From NCBI GenBank assembly GCA_000442015.1, contig KE561300.1:124001-185330 (forward strand): a stretch of DNA of 61,330 bases. Direction: 5' to 3'. Source of the DNA: Rozella allomycis CSF55 (Eukaryota). The notes below the pieces were generated by a model that was not told the origin of the DNA, made no database searches, and saw only the letters and a program-made list of their open reading frames with translations. A program made the position numbers and the translations under genes. This document shows positions 1 through 12,892 of this stretch, one piece after another. The first letter of the stretch is position 1. Every line of letters begins with the position of its first letter.

Positions 1-1
1 A

Positions 2-73
2 AACTTTGAAATTGAATTCCCAAAGTATTTGAATGATGAACAAAAACAATACATTCATAAAGCGCTTAAATAA
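2..73 (+). CDS. 3' end of a class-B DnaJ/Hsp40 gene (possibly DNAJB13/Sis1-like), truncated by the window start
   Basis: Frame 2 reads NFEIEFPKYLNDEQKQYIHKALK*, resembling the FxIxFPxxLxxEQK C-terminus of DnaJ-C domain proteins. Confidence 0.55.
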   Translation, partial: NFEIEFPKYLNDEQKQYIHKALK

Positions 74-177
74 AATTTACCACTTCGAATTTTAGTAATA
101 TTGTAATTTTCATCAGATCTAATGCCATTTTTAGATCGACATTATTTTAGCTTCGTACCCCTGCAGTTTCATTTGAA

Positions 178-2831
178 ATGGCTACGACCGTACCTACGGG
201 AGCTTTATCGTCCTTGACTTTGTCTGACCTTCCAAAACGCCCTGATTATGGAAAGGTGGGTAAAAAGATACGTTTGAGAGCAAATATGCTAAAGGTAGTA
301 ATTTGTAAATAAGGCATAATAGATCCCTTCTTTTACCAATGGTACTATTTATCACTATGACGTGAACTTTGTTGGAGTTAGAAGTGGTGAAAGGTAAACT
401 TTTAGGTGGTCATCGACGGTAGGCGTATTTTTACTGAATTTCTTGCCCAATTTAAAGAGATTCATTTAAAGGGGATTAGTGTAGCGTTTGACGGAAAGAA
501 AAATTTATATACTTCTGCTAAAATTAATCGAATTTCTGGTAGACAGCCTTTGGTTGTTGAGTTTACAATTCAGGATGGCGCTAGGAAAAAAGATTTTAAG
601 ATTGAGATAAAACATGCAGCTGATGTAAACATGGCTGTACTCCATCAATTTTTTGAGAAGAGAATTGGAATGGTTCCCCAAGAATGCATTCAAGCATTGG
701 ACGTTATCATTAAACAAGGTCCATCAGTTAGTGGAAGATACACTTTGATAGGTTCATCAATGTACATGAGAGAGAATCCAGCTTCGTTAGGTAGTTGCAT
801 CGAAGTGTGGCCAGGGATATTTTTATCTGTGAGAGCAACACAAAGTGGACTTGTTTTGAATGCTGATACTGCAAACAATGCTTTTCTTGAGCCGTTGATG
901 ATATTAGATTGTGCTGCTAAAGTTGTTGGAGCAAGAAGTGCGTCTGATTTGAATTGCAAGTGGCATCCTGATGATATTAAAGAACTTGAGCGAAAATGGA
1001 GAGGAACACAAGTTCAAGTGACTCATTCCAATATTCCAAGAAAATACAAAATATTCGGGATAAAAAATATGTCTGTTAGAGAAATCAAGTAATTCTGTGT
1101 ACTTGTAAAAATATAGATTTAAGATGGAAGATGGAACGAATGTGTCTGTCTATGATTATTTTCAAAATCATTATAATAAGAAATTGGAATTTGATAAATG
1201 TCCTTGTTTAGCTGTTGGGCCTGAAGGCAAAACATTTCTTCCAATGGAAGTTTGTAAAATTGTGCAAGGGCAGCAGTAACAATACCTACAATTATCTTGT
1301 TTAGATATCGCAAAAAGTTAAATGAAGAACAAACGACGAATATGCTTGCTTTTGCTACTTTGAAACCAGAGGCTAGATTTAATCGCATTAGGACCAACAT
1401 GGCGCCAATGGTTGCAAACATGTCTGAAAATCTGAAAGGATTTGGAATAAATCTGTCTAATCAATTCTTGGAATGCGAAGGCAGAGTTTTAGATCCACCT
1501 GTTGTTCATTTTGGTGCAAATTCAACTTCAAGACCATCAGGAGGTGTTTGGAACATGAAAGACAAAAAATTGAATAGCACTGGAGCAGTTGAAAGTTGGG
1601 CTGTCGTTTCGTTTGATAATCGCTCTCGTCCAGATAAAATTTATGAATGGTTGGATGAATTTGGCAAAGTTGCTAGAAGTATGGGAATGGATGTTAAGTC
1701 AAGCAAGCCTCCTGTTCTCTCTGGTCGTCCAAATGAAGTTAAGAATGTCTTAAGAAAAGCCATTGATGATGCTGAGAGAATGTTCAAGAAGCCTTGTCAA
1801 TTTCTTCTTTGCATAATGCCACCCAGTGGTGTTTATGAAGATGTCAAAAAAATTATGGACTGTGAATTTGGTAAAGTGTCTCAATGCATGAAAGGAAAAC
1901 ATATTGGTAGACCAAATGGTTCTTACATGGCCAATCTTTTGCTCAAAATCAATTCTAAAATGGGCGGGGTAAATTTCCACTTGGACAAGGGTGTACCTTT
2001 TATCCTCCAAGAACCAACCCTGGTCTTTGGCGCAGACGTCACACATCCAGCCCCTGGTGAAAATTCATGTTCTATTGCAGCTGTTGTTGGTTCAACTGAT
2101 CCAAAGGTCACAAGATTTGTTTCTTCATTGGCTATTCAAGGGTCCAGGGTTGAAATTATTGATACTTTGAAAGATATGGCCAAAAATATTATCATGCAAT
2201 TCCGCGCCAAAAACAGAATTTTGCCACGCAGGATTATATTTTATAGGGATGGTGTAAGTGAAGGACAATTTAATGCAGTTCGTTCAAGCGAAATTTCTGC
2301 TTTGAAGAGAGCATTTGGAGAAATTGAAAAAGATTACAATCCAAAGCTCTTGTTTATTGTCGTTCAAAAGAGACATCATGTGAGATTTATGGCTGACCGT
2401 GCTGATTGTGACAGAAGTGGAAATGTGCCAGCAGGAACCGTTGTTGATAAAGAAGTCACTGCCCCTGATCGTTTTGAATTTTACTTGAATTCCCATGCTG
2501 GGCTTCAAGGTTGCAGTCGTCCGTCTCTTTATACTGTTATTTGGAATGACTTTCCTACGCTTACTTCTGATCAAATTCAAGAAATGACGTACAGAATGGT
2601 AATTACTTAAACTTGCGATGACTTTAGTGTTATACTTATGTTCGTTGTACGCGTAGTGTTTCTGTGGTTCCACCGGCTTATTATGCTCACCTTTTAGCTT
2701 TCCGTGCTCGCTTTCTTTTTAACGTTGAAAATGATCCTAATCGTATTCTCTCCCGTGAATATGTTGAAAAGGTTAGAAGTAAAATTCCACCTCTTTCTCC
2801 GGACATGATGAGAAGAATGTTTTACGTTTAA
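178..2831 (+). CDS. AGO1: Argonaute (N, PAZ, MID, PIWI), 5 introns
   Basis: [11 protein letters not shown]-terminus, [38 protein letters not shown]-terminal MFYV*. Introns 295-322, 394-422, 1089-1116, 1276-1304, 2599-2627 (28-29 nt) restore one frame. Confidence 0.97.
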
Positions 2832-2911
2832 CCTTGAATAAACATGAATTCACGTGCAAAGTATTTAATATTAAGGTTAACAATGTTTTATTTATTGCTT
2901 GCAACATTTCT

Positions 2912-4861
2912 TCATTCAAGTGAATGACTAGCTATCGTATCCAAGTTTCCATATCTTTCTCTTAAGTGAACCACTAGTGACTTCTTCAAGTTCGGGTCTC
3001 CAAGTTCTAAAATATCCATCGCAGTATCAAAGTCCATCCAACCTTCATAAGCTTCAAGTAGAATTCTCGCAATTTTTGAATTGACCAAATTGGAAGTTAC
3101 TGCTATCTTGCAAGCTCTCTTATACAGACTTGTGTCAATCATAATTCTCTTAGTAAACGAGTGATCTTCTGGATGTAAAAACGGTGAGCGCCGAACTATA
3201 CGAACACCCATTTCAGCCAGCACACTTCGTATAAACCTTTCATTGTTTGTCTTCATGACTAAAACCACTAGATCCAACATTTCTTCATTATTGGATGGCT
3301 CAACAATGCTTTGAAGAACCATGTTGAAGCAGCTGATGTAATTGTAATCACTAAGAACATCTTCTTCAACATCAACTAATAATGATTTCAGCACGTCAAC
3401 TTTATCACGATCTCCCTTGACAAATGGAATAATTAATTTGAATGATCTTTCAATGGAATATCTCATTTTCTTTGAGAATATTTTCATTAACAGCAATTCA
3501 GGCTTTGGCACGCCATCGCATAGTTCAATTAAGATTCTCAAGAATTTGCTTCCTTTAACATTATCAAGCGATTGGTTGTGAAAGTTAATAGTAAATAAGG
3601 TATCGTTGGTATTTTTGAAATATGCGAATAATTTTTTGTAAAAGTTAAACCTCGCCGTGTTCGTAGACATTGCAAGTAGTTCAAGAAAATATATCCAATC
3701 TACAGGGATAGTCCATGATATATCAACATCTTCAATGGACGATAAAAGCAATTCAAATGATTCTGTGCTGTTTTTCTCCCCAAAGGTCGTATAAAACAGA
3801 CTCTGCCAAAAACTTGTCAATTTTTGTTTACGTCGCTCAACTGAAAATAGCTTGGAATTCTTTAATAAATTGTATGCGAAATGATTGCTTTTTGTAAAAG
3901 TTATATTATATATTAAATCGCCGTCGTAAGGAAAGCTCTTTAAAATGTCCAACAGAGTTGCACTTTCATTTTTCACAAAATCATGATCACCAATTAAGAC
4001 TTTAAAGAGTTTGATTTTGTCGTAATAATGCATTTCATACTTAGTTTGTAACACTTCCTTCATTACTTTTGCGATAGGAGTAGCATTTGAATTATACACC
4101 AATAGTTCAGCTACGAATCTGTGAAACCTTGTTTCAGACAATGCATTTAAATGATTATTCAACATCCAAACTCCTAAATTCACTGCATTTGTATTATTAA
4201 GTTTCATGGCAACATTCAAAAGAACTGTTGACATAGTCACCTGATCAATGGGCTGCTTCCTAACGAGTTGAGTGGCAAAGTATGAATTAAGCATGACCTG
4301 ATTCAAACTTGGTATGAGATGTTCCCTTATGTACTCAGTATTTCTTTGCATATCGTCAAGGAATGGATTATCGCCATTAACAAATGCAGTAGCATTCTGC
4401 ACATTTTCAACATAAAAATGACGTCTACGTAATATTCTGATACAGTCGTTCATTTGATGTTTGATGCAAAATGTTAAAGGATCAGTACTGTAATAGCTTT
4501 GAGTGTAATAGTTATAGGGAGTGAATTCTTGTTGCCTAACTAGAAGTCCAATTAAATCCGGGACCGAAATTTCGTTAGTTTGCGCTAGTTGTCTCTCTGG
4601 ATCCAATACTCGTACATGTTTTGAATAAAATTCTTGGATTCGTACAGGTGAGCAATGAATTGACCCTTTCAAGCAAGATTTGTACCACAAGAATATAGTT
4701 TCCCCGTTTAGTTGAAGATTATTATAATGGAATTTATCTGCTTGGCGAAGACTGTCAGATGTAGCCGAATCAATAAAACGGTTGATATTCTCATACACGT
4801 CAAATGGAAGTTTGCTGCCAACTACGCAAACTATCAACAAATAAAGTTTTAAAAAGTCCAT
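2912..4861 (-). CDS. Intronless secreted protein: signal peptide, F-box-like motif, helical C-terminal region; paralogue of 19516-21264
   Basis: 649-aa ORF; hydrophobic N-terminus MDFLKLYLLIVCVVG; LPFDVYENINRFIDSATSDSLRQADKFHY; blocks shared with the paralogue (QPIDQ, LGVWML.NH.NALS, GVPKP..LL). Confidence 0.8.
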   Translation of the reverse strand: MDFLKLYLLIVCVVGSKLPFDVYENINRFIDSATSDSLRQADKFHYNNLQLNGETIFLWYKSCLKGSIHCSPVRIQEFYSKHVRVLDPERQLAQTNEISVPDLIGLLVRQQEFTPYNYYTQSYYSTDPLTFCIKHQMNDCIRILRRRHFYVENVQNATAFVNGDNPFLDDMQRNTEYIREHLIPSLNQVMLNSYFATQLVRKQPIDQVTMSTVLLNVAMKLNNTNAVNLGVWMLNNHLNALSETRFHRFVAELLVYNSNATPIAKVMKEVLQTKYEMHYYDKIKLFKVLIGDHDFVKNESATLLDILKSFPYDGDLIYNITFTKSNHFAYNLLKNSKLFSVERRKQKLTSFWQSLFYTTFGEKNSTESFELLLSSIEDVDISWTIPVDWIYFLELLAMSTNTARFNFYKKLFAYFKNTNDTLFTINFHNQSLDNVKGSKFLRILIELCDGVPKPELLLMKIFSKKMRYSIERSFKLIIPFVKGDRDKVDVLKSLLVDVEEDVLSDYNYISCFNMVLQSIVEPSNNEEMLDLVVLVMKTNNERFIRSVLAEMGVRIVRRSPFLHPEDHSFTKRIMIDTSLYKRACKIAVTSNLVNSKIARILLEAYEGWMDFDTAMDILELGDPNLKKSLVVHLRERYGNLDTIASHSLE

Positions 4862-5360
4862 AGAAGAAGTGTTATTACCACACGTGCTCGACCATGGCGG
4901 ATGTTAGAATTTTAGAACTTCCTCATTAGGAAGGTACTTGATACCCTTGCTAGTTGAAGTAAAACCCGCTCATATATATTCATCATTTCAACTTGACTCT
5001 TTGAAAAAAAGCTATGATGCTATCCAATTCAAAATACATCTAAGGATTTTTATGAAAGAGTTTCAGCATTTTCATTCCAATTGAAGGCTGCATTTTCAAT
5101 TTTGACACTAAAGTGGTTCCTAACTTCCTATTGTTAGATGTGGTATAATGTTTAATTTTACCGTCTTTCAGTTTCTGCTTAATTGAGCTCAATAGAGATG
5201 CTTCCTGTCGTCTGCGCATGGAGACGTAGCATCTTCGTCAGCGACTCTATTATCAGCTTGTAAGTTGTAAGTAAAGCCCCAACTCCTTAGAAATAGAACT
5301 GTCAAAATACATTTAGCATAACAGAAAATTTACTCAGTTAACTCCAAATTTTCGTAAATA

Positions 5361-6431
5361 ATGAGTAACACGAATTCGCATTTATCTGGTGTTGCTCAGA
5401 CAATGCTAGATACCATAACATATCTTTCAGACGAATCAAAGAATCCGTCTCCAATTTGCAGCTCGTCCTGTATCAAACACCGATCATCCTTTCAGGTTGG
5501 CTTTGTTGAAGACAGGAATAAGAGACATCGTAGACATATGGAAGTAATTGTTCAAAAATCGTCTAATCAAACAGGATGCACATTGTTATGAATATGATTT
5601 TGGTGACGTCCCAGATCAGGGATTCTTTGCTATTTTTGATGGTCACGCTGGTCATGCTGCTGCAAAGTGGTGTGGTGAAAATTTCCATCACGTAAATAAC
5701 TTTTAGTGGCATTTTAGCTATTCTTAAAAAATCTCATCGAGCATTCCGAATTAAGCATCCCAGAGGTACTTAATCGGACGTATCAAGATGCAGATTCAGT
5801 TCTTGATGAAAAAAATGGTTATAAGTCTGGATGTACTTCAGTGACCTGTTTCTTAAGACATGAACGAATTTTGGTTAAAGATTCAGATGGAAGTTCAACA
5901 CCAGTCACTCGGACAGCAGTACGTCTATTCTTCAAACTTTCTAGAGAAAGCTGTATACTGCTAACGCTGGTGATGGAAGAGGAGTATTGTCGTAAGTATT
6001 TAATAGGTATAAAATAGTCGATCGGGCAAAGCAATTCGTTTAACATACGATCATAAAGCCAGTGATCCAACAGAAAAGCAGAGGATTATTGAAGCAAATG
6101 GACATGTTATAAATGACAGAGTTAATGCCGTGCTTGCTGTAACTAGAGCCCTTGGTGATTCTTACTTAAAGGAACACGTAGTAGGGCTTCCATTCACTAC
6201 CGAAGTTGAGCTAACTAAAGATGATGAATTCATTATTATTGCCTGTGATGGAGTAAAGGCGGATTTTCGTTTACATAGCTTTGGGATGTGTGTTCAGATC
6301 AGAATGCAGTGGAGTTAATTGGGCACATTGAAAATCCTCAAGAAGCAGCGAAAAAACTGTTGAATTTTGCATTAGAAAATTGTTCGACTGATAATATATC
6401 CGTGATGGTTATTCGCTTAAATTCGAAATAA
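5361..6431 (+). CDS. PTC1: Protein phosphatase 2C (Ptc1-like), 5 introns
   Basis: [39 protein letters not shown] and TDNISV motifs after removing 26-31 nt GT-AG introns. Confidence 0.93.
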
Positions 6432-6451
6432 ACGCTCGTATTTTGTTGTCT

Positions 6452-8306
6452 TTATTTAGGTTTGGAGCTAGAAGTTGTAGTTGTGCCAGTTTTCTTCTTT
6501 TCTTCGACTTTTGTAACGTTGCTCGAGGATTTATTTCTATCGCTATTCCTGCGGAACAATCCTGGCCTTGGTGGCGGCATTTTTTCATTTTTCAAGTCTG
6601 CTTGCCTTGCTTGCTCAAAGGATGTAATAGCACGTTTGATACCCTCTGCACCGAGTGCAAGCCTTTTGAATTAAAGATGTGACCTTACATTCCTGCTGGA
6701 AGTTGCTCTACTCCCATGGCGTGTTTCAGTTCATTTATACTTTCTCTTTCAGCACTGAATTTCAAAAAATGATTCGCATTACCGTAGAACAGAAAATACC
6801 CTTGCCATTTTCCCGATAGCTTTAATCTTGTTCCTTATAACGTCCTTGCGCAATGCCTTTTCATTTTCTTCGGTATCTTCATCGTAATCGTCAGTCTTTT
6901 CATTTTCATCTTCTATCGCTATGTGGTACTTTAAACAAGCCCATACTTTCATGATATATTCCATCAGCCGCCAACTCCTCTTTCGTGCAAGAATTCAAAA
7001 CTGCCATAAGCATTTCCGTTACTTTAAAGTACTTTTTAAAATTTTACTCTTTTCACCTACAAAAGGCAAGGACCATGTAAATACATTTATAAAATTTGGA
7101 AGCCAGTATGGATGCTGTGAGCTATTGAATTGCCTTATATTCATCACATTGTTTTCATATTTCATGATGGCCGCTGAATGGATGCAATATGAACCAATTA
7201 CCTTTATTGTTATAGACATCAAGGTAATTTGGTGCTGAAAAAATAGTAATCACCGAAGGGAATCCTGTTGATTTAGTTTTTCTGTACATTCTATAACCAG
7301 CATCTTGGGCCTCATGTGCACGGATCATGCATAAAAGATTATTTTTATCAAGAAAGTTGCATACAGCCTGATAACTGTAGAAAAAAGAGCACCCTCTGAC
7401 ATGATTATGAGTATAGTATTCATTTGACTTTTCTTGGCCATAATCTTCTGTAGGATCAGACCATAATATATCACACATCAGACCATGAGTTGGTGGCTCC
7501 TTAAATCTGTTTAGCTAATTAATCTATTTCTTTCTCATTACATTTCTAAGATCTTCGAGGGTGGTAAGTTCAGGTGAAAGACCCCCGTGGATACAAAAGA
7601 ATTGCTTGTTCATAATAGCAGCCAAAGGCAGGGCACAACAAGAATCCATCGCAGCCTCATAAACTTTTTCAGAGTACTTATGCTTGCCTTTTAAACACAT
7701 GAAGGAATGTTACACTCCAGTTTAAAAGTGAAATAGTCCGTCAAATGTCGACATTCATGGTTACCACGTAAGAGATAGATCTTTTCTGGATAATGAATTT
7801 TCAATGACCATAAATAAAGCATGCACTCCTATGAAGAAAGTTATATGTTTACTTCTATGGAAAAGTATCCTCTATCGACGTAATCGCCAAGAAAGAGATA
7901 TCTCGTATCACCAGGTGTACCCCCAACTTCAAAAAGTTTCATCAAGTCATAGAATTGTCCGTGGATGTCACCGCACACTGTAATAGGCGCGTCAACATCT
8001 AATATATTGGATTCCTTTTTTAATAGGTCCGTTCCCTTTTGTATGATAAATATTGCCTGATCTTCTGTTAGGCGCCCTTCTTGGAGGAAATGCTGTTTTA
8101 AAAATTCATGATCTGGTTTTCCATTCAATGATTTAGGAAACACTTGCGAATCAGAGGGGACCAAATTTGTTGGCGGGGCAACATCAGCTTGACATGACAT
8201 TTGTGATATTACCTTTGCACACCCGCTCTGTAGTTGGGACTTTGTCGATTTCAATCCATGAATTAACAAAGACATTTATCTTTGGACTAGCAGAATTTGT
8301 TGACAT
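6452..8306 (-). CDS. CNA1: Calcineurin catalytic subunit A, 9 introns
   Basis: [36 protein letters not shown], calmodulin-binding [19 protein letters not shown] and autoinhibitory [13 protein letters not shown]. Confidence 0.97.
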
Positions 8307-8417
8307 GGGGATATACCGACTTCACAACAAAAAAGGGGATGCCCAATCTAGACTCATCATCATGAATGGAATTATTGCATCATTATTGGTATTTAATATT
8401 CTTAGGTGAAAGATTTA

Positions 8418-8657
8418 TTATTTTTCAATTAACGTCCATGGAAGAGCCATGTCTTCTTTCTTCATCCAGGGAAGGCAATTCTTTGAATCATCAGCGACAC
8501 AATCGATCATTTCGGATTCTAGTGAAGTGCATTCCCAGCCTCGAACAGCTCTGTTTGAATTTCTCATGCAATCAATGTACTTTTGGATGTTTTCCCAGCA
8601 GTCAGTGCGACGAAAAGCGGTGTACAATTGAGACTCATAATTTTCAGGAGTAGACAT
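8418..8657 (-). CDS. Small twin-CX9C (CHCH) protein, probable mitochondrial intermembrane-space protein
   Basis: C-WENIQKYID-C and C-TSLESEMID-C, both exactly CX9C, in a 79-aa ORF filling the intergenic gap. Confidence 0.7.
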   Translation of the reverse strand: MSTPENYESQLYTAFRRTDCWENIQKYIDCMRNSNRAVRGWECTSLESEMIDCVADDSKNCLPWMKKEDMALPWTLIEK

Positions 8658-8704
8658 CGTCGAAATGTAAACTTTGTAAATTTAGAAATTTCGCTTTATT
8701 TTGA

Positions 8705-10522
8705 TTAGACGAATGGTTCCAAGTCGATTTCCAGAGCAGAGCAAACAAATGGAATTTCATAATTTTTCAATACTTGAGGATGAAGAATGCCAAAGTAACC
8801 GATTTTAGAGCCCTTGTAAATAACGTCCATACGCCTTGACGGAAACAAGAAAGGCTCGTCAGAGGGAACAACAGAATAATCATCGAATGAAACATTTAAA
8901 ACAAGCATAATACGATCTAATAAACCATGGATTTCCTATATATTTAAAAAGTAAAACCTTACTTCGTGACCGGATGTCTTATTGCAATACAAGGCAGCGA
9001 TTTTCCTTTCATTACGAGCTCTAACATCTTTGCTCTCATCTAGCAAAACTACGTCCGCAACTTCAAAGAGTTTAATAGGCAATGGACATTTGATATTGCT
9101 GAAGAGTTTCTTCAAAAGGCCTGGAAGAAGGCTGGTACGAACAACTTGATATTCAATTGACTTTGGATTTGACAAAGTAACGGCGGTCTTTCCATCATCT
9201 TTTTTCAACAAGTCATCAAAGTTTTCGGCCAAAGAGCACTATTTTTTAATATTTGATATTAAATACCAACGTGAGGGTTAAACCTTCAGTATAACCTGCA
9301 AAAGCAATTTCTCTTCGAATTGCGTCAGTTATTTTATTTAACATGAAAGGCTTTCCGATGGTGTTTGTTGGAGGCAAGACTTTTGGAATGTTGTTGTAGC
9401 CATAAGCGATAGACAAATCTTCACAGATATCGCAAGCATGAAGAATATCGCTTCTTGTTGGTGGAATGATCGCTACAACTTCATTTTCATTTTTCACGTA
9501 AGAATCCAATGACATTTTTGTCAATAGCTCGGAAGCTTTTTCAGCAGTCAAAGGAACTCCAATAAATCTTATCAATTCTTTTAATGGCACAATTTCTTGT
9601 CTGTAATCGAATTCAGGATGGATGAGAGTCTTCTCATCATACTTGATCGTCACTTGTTCAACTGTGAACTTTTCTTTGCAATATTCGGCAAACATACACA
9701 CCATTGTGTCTAAAACCATTTTAGCCTTTGTAAAATCAGTTGCAGTACACTCAATAAATACATTTTTGGTACTTAATGTAATTTTGCTATGATCGCCATT
9801 AATGATTGGTGGTAGTGATAACACAGTTCCATTAGCGTCAGTGATAACTGGAAACACTGGAGAATCCCTGATTAAATGCAGAAAATGTTTCAAGTGATTA
9901 TCAGTCTAAAATACATAACAATAATCAACTTTACTTGGTAAAATTCCATTAACCTGTTTCCGTCCATCTTTTCTTTTTGATTCAGTGGAACGAAAGAAAT
10001 ATCTTCAGGTTTCTTAGCCTCGTACTTGAAAGGTCCTTGAATAGTATCAAGATCATGAGTTCCAATAGCCACCAATGAACGCTTTCTGCAAAGATTTTGA
10101 TGCAACTTTTCTTGCAAGTAAATAAAACTGGCATAGTTGGTTTCATTAAAAGTAACATTTCTCAAAACAGCAGCAACACAGTATGGTCGAATTACTTTAG
10201 TGGACGCGTCAACTTTAAGCTCCAATTTTGGCGGTATGGTCTTGTATTTCTCGGCTTTGCCTCCAACGAAAATTCGAAGGGCCCTTCCCAAACCTTCAAC
10301 ACATAACAAGTCATAACTAATCAAAAATACAAGATAAACTTACCGATTTGCTGGAATATCAATTTTATAAGCATCCTCAAGGATTTCGTCGACTTCTATT
10401 CCGAAATCAAAGCACAGCAAGTCAAAGTCCTTGTCGCCTACTTAAATCAAAATATAAGAATTACTGTATTCTTTGCCGATACGATCAAATAATTCTTTTT
10501 TCTTAACTTCTATAGAAGGCAT
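8705..10522 (-). CDS. FRS1: Cytosolic phenylalanyl-tRNA synthetase beta subunit, 5 introns
   Basis: [61 protein letters not shown]. Confidence 0.96.
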
Positions 10523-10633
10523 TCAGAAAAAATTCTATCCCCTGTTTAGGAAATATCCGAAACAACAACATGATATGTTCATGTATAAAAATGATTACAC
10601 AATCATATCAAATTTATTGATTTAATTCATATT

Positions 10634-11073
10634 TCATTCTCGGTAAAATAAACTAGATACTGAATTGGAAACTATCATAATTGAAACCAATGTTTTACTT
10701 CTTTCGGTAAGTGATGGCTTTCTTCCTCTTAAATGTAAATCGTCACTTGAAGTACGGTTTGCTCCAAATGGATATGCTATTACATAAAATATATTGTACA
10801 TTACGAAATAGTTCGGACAATGATATGTCTCTTTCATATCTACTTCTTGCATGCACTTGATCATTCCAATGCAATTCTTTTGGATCATAGGCATCATCAT
10901 TGGACTCCAAAACTAATAAATTGTAAAATTAACAACCTACTCCAATGATCTGGTGCATCTGGAATCATAGTAGATTTTTGACCGGACATTGCTAATTTGG
11001 CATCTTCCTTAATCTTTTGTATCATTTCCTTGGTCTTGTCATTCATTTGGGGAGATTTCGTGTGTAAGGTCAT
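10634..11073 (-). CDS. Small hypothetical protein, 2 introns
   Basis: ATG at 11073; two 28-nt GT-AG introns join three exons into one open frame ending in a moderately hydrophobic tail; no homology recognised. Confidence 0.5.
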
Positions 11074-11220
11074 TAGAGATTAAATCTTGATACGATCAGA
11101 TTTAGCGGGCCTAAATTCAATACATATTGCATTGCGAGAAAAAATCAAATATGTTAAACATTCTATATAAAGATAACTTGAAATAAAAATGTAATTTGAA
11201 GGAAATGTTTATTAAAATAT

Positions 11221-12413
11221 TTAGATATCCTTCTTGAGGGTTCCCATAAATGCTTTCTTTTCTTCTGGCGTTTGGAAACGTCCGTGACCAAATTTGGAAG
11301 AAGTGTCGATAAATTTCAAGTTAACCTTTTCAGTAGCAGCACGAGAGGTTGGGGTAATCAAAGACTTTCTCAAAGTGAGAACACGCTTCTTAACACCAAC
11401 ACAGCATCCCTTGATAATCAAGAAGTCTTCATTGACAACACCATATCTTGGAAAGCCACCCATTGGAGTAATGGTTTTCTTGGTCAAATCGTACTCAGTG
11501 GATGCGGAAGCTTCATCACCTTTCTTTCCAATGCGGTAAACCTTCTTGTTAATTTCGGTACGATGATGGTAACCGCGTTGACCAGCACGAGGAACAGAGT
11601 ACATAACACGACTTGGATGCCAAGCACCAATACAAGCAACTTTACGAATACCACGATGAGTTTTTCTTGGAAGTTTTCTGGTTCCCCAACGAGCGGTGAC
11701 ACCTTCATAACCATGTCCCTTGGTAGTTCCAATAACATCTAAAAGTTCATCTTGAGCAATAAATTGTTCAACCTTGACTTCCTTTTCGAAATGAGCGTAA
11801 GCCCAGTCAACTTTTTGAGCAACAGAACCTCCATTCAATTGAATTTCCATCAAATGAGCTTTCTTTTGACCAATCTTCAATTTGCTCATTTGAGTGTGGG
11901 CAAGAACACGGATGACTGTGCAGTATTTCTTCAAACGATCCATTTCACGAGTAATATCCTTAGCACCGTCTTCATATTTCTTTGCATATTTAGTGAAAGC
12001 CTTCTTCTTTGAACGTGTCCAGTTCTTGTAAAAACGACGTTTAACTTCATCAGAAAGATGTTGAGCCCAGACAGTGGTCAATGAACGTAGACCTCTTGGG
12101 GTTTCAAGATATCCAATAACACCAACAATGACCATTGGTGGAGTTTCAATGACAGTAACAGCTTCAACAATTTCCTTCTTGTGCATTTTGGAGCCTGGAC
12201 GATCAAGATCACGAACGACGTGAGTCATACCAGCTTTGTATCCGATGAAAGCAGTCAAGTGGACTGGTTTGCTTGGGTCATCCTTAGGGAATGACTTGCA
12301 CTTTCCGCGATGGCGACGAGAGCGCTTACGTGGAGAAAAGCCAAGAGAACCATGACGTGGAGCTTCGAATTTACTAATATAACAAACCAAATAATAAAAT
12401 ACCGGTGAGACAT
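11221..12413 (-). CDS. RPL3: 60S ribosomal protein L3 (uL3)
   Basis: MSHR + 29-nt intron (12374-12402) + [12 protein letters not shown]; full-length conserved L3 sequence. Confidence 0.99.
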
Positions 12414-12427
12414 ATGAAAATGTGTTT

Positions 12428-12436
12428 TACCAGGGT
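12428..12436 (-). promoter_or_regulatory. ACCCTGGTA start-proximal motif (RPL3 copy)
   Basis: Same 9-mer just upstream of the CHD1 ATG (22802-22810) and the 31987 ORF (31998-32006); ACCCTGGT before RPL38 (38890-38897). Confidence 0.55.
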
Positions 12437-12892
12437 CGCCGCAAAAACGAAGAAAGGAATTTCGTAAAGTCAAGCCACTTAAACTTGTAATATTCGGGAT
12501 TTTTGATTTGAATGATATTTTGGACCTAATTAAAATGGATTCATGGAATTATGTACCATTTTCATATCAGCTGTCACTGAATAGTTCTTGATTGTTGTAA
12601 ACATTAGTTTTGTGTTAAGCGCTTTGAAATTTACGTAAGGTGAAAACCAAAGTATTTTTTATTTCCAAATTTTGAAAAATGTATTATTGTATTTTCTACT
12701 TTCTAGGCTGAATAATGAATTTGTTTTGAAATTGAAATATTTTTGACAATTTGCAAATAGCAATGCTACAAGTACAGCTATATTATAGCATCGTAAAATA
12801 AAATGACAGGGTCACAGGAAAGATTGATTTGAATTCTTTCAATTTTTTTGTTTCGCTTATATCTCGCTTCGTATATTTTGGCAAAACTGGAA

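Noticed and set aside
11272-12012. Long antisense ORFs over RPL3 (and similar ones over CHD1, Argonaute and gypsy)
   Set aside because: Shadows of codon bias on the opposite strand, with no recognisable motifs
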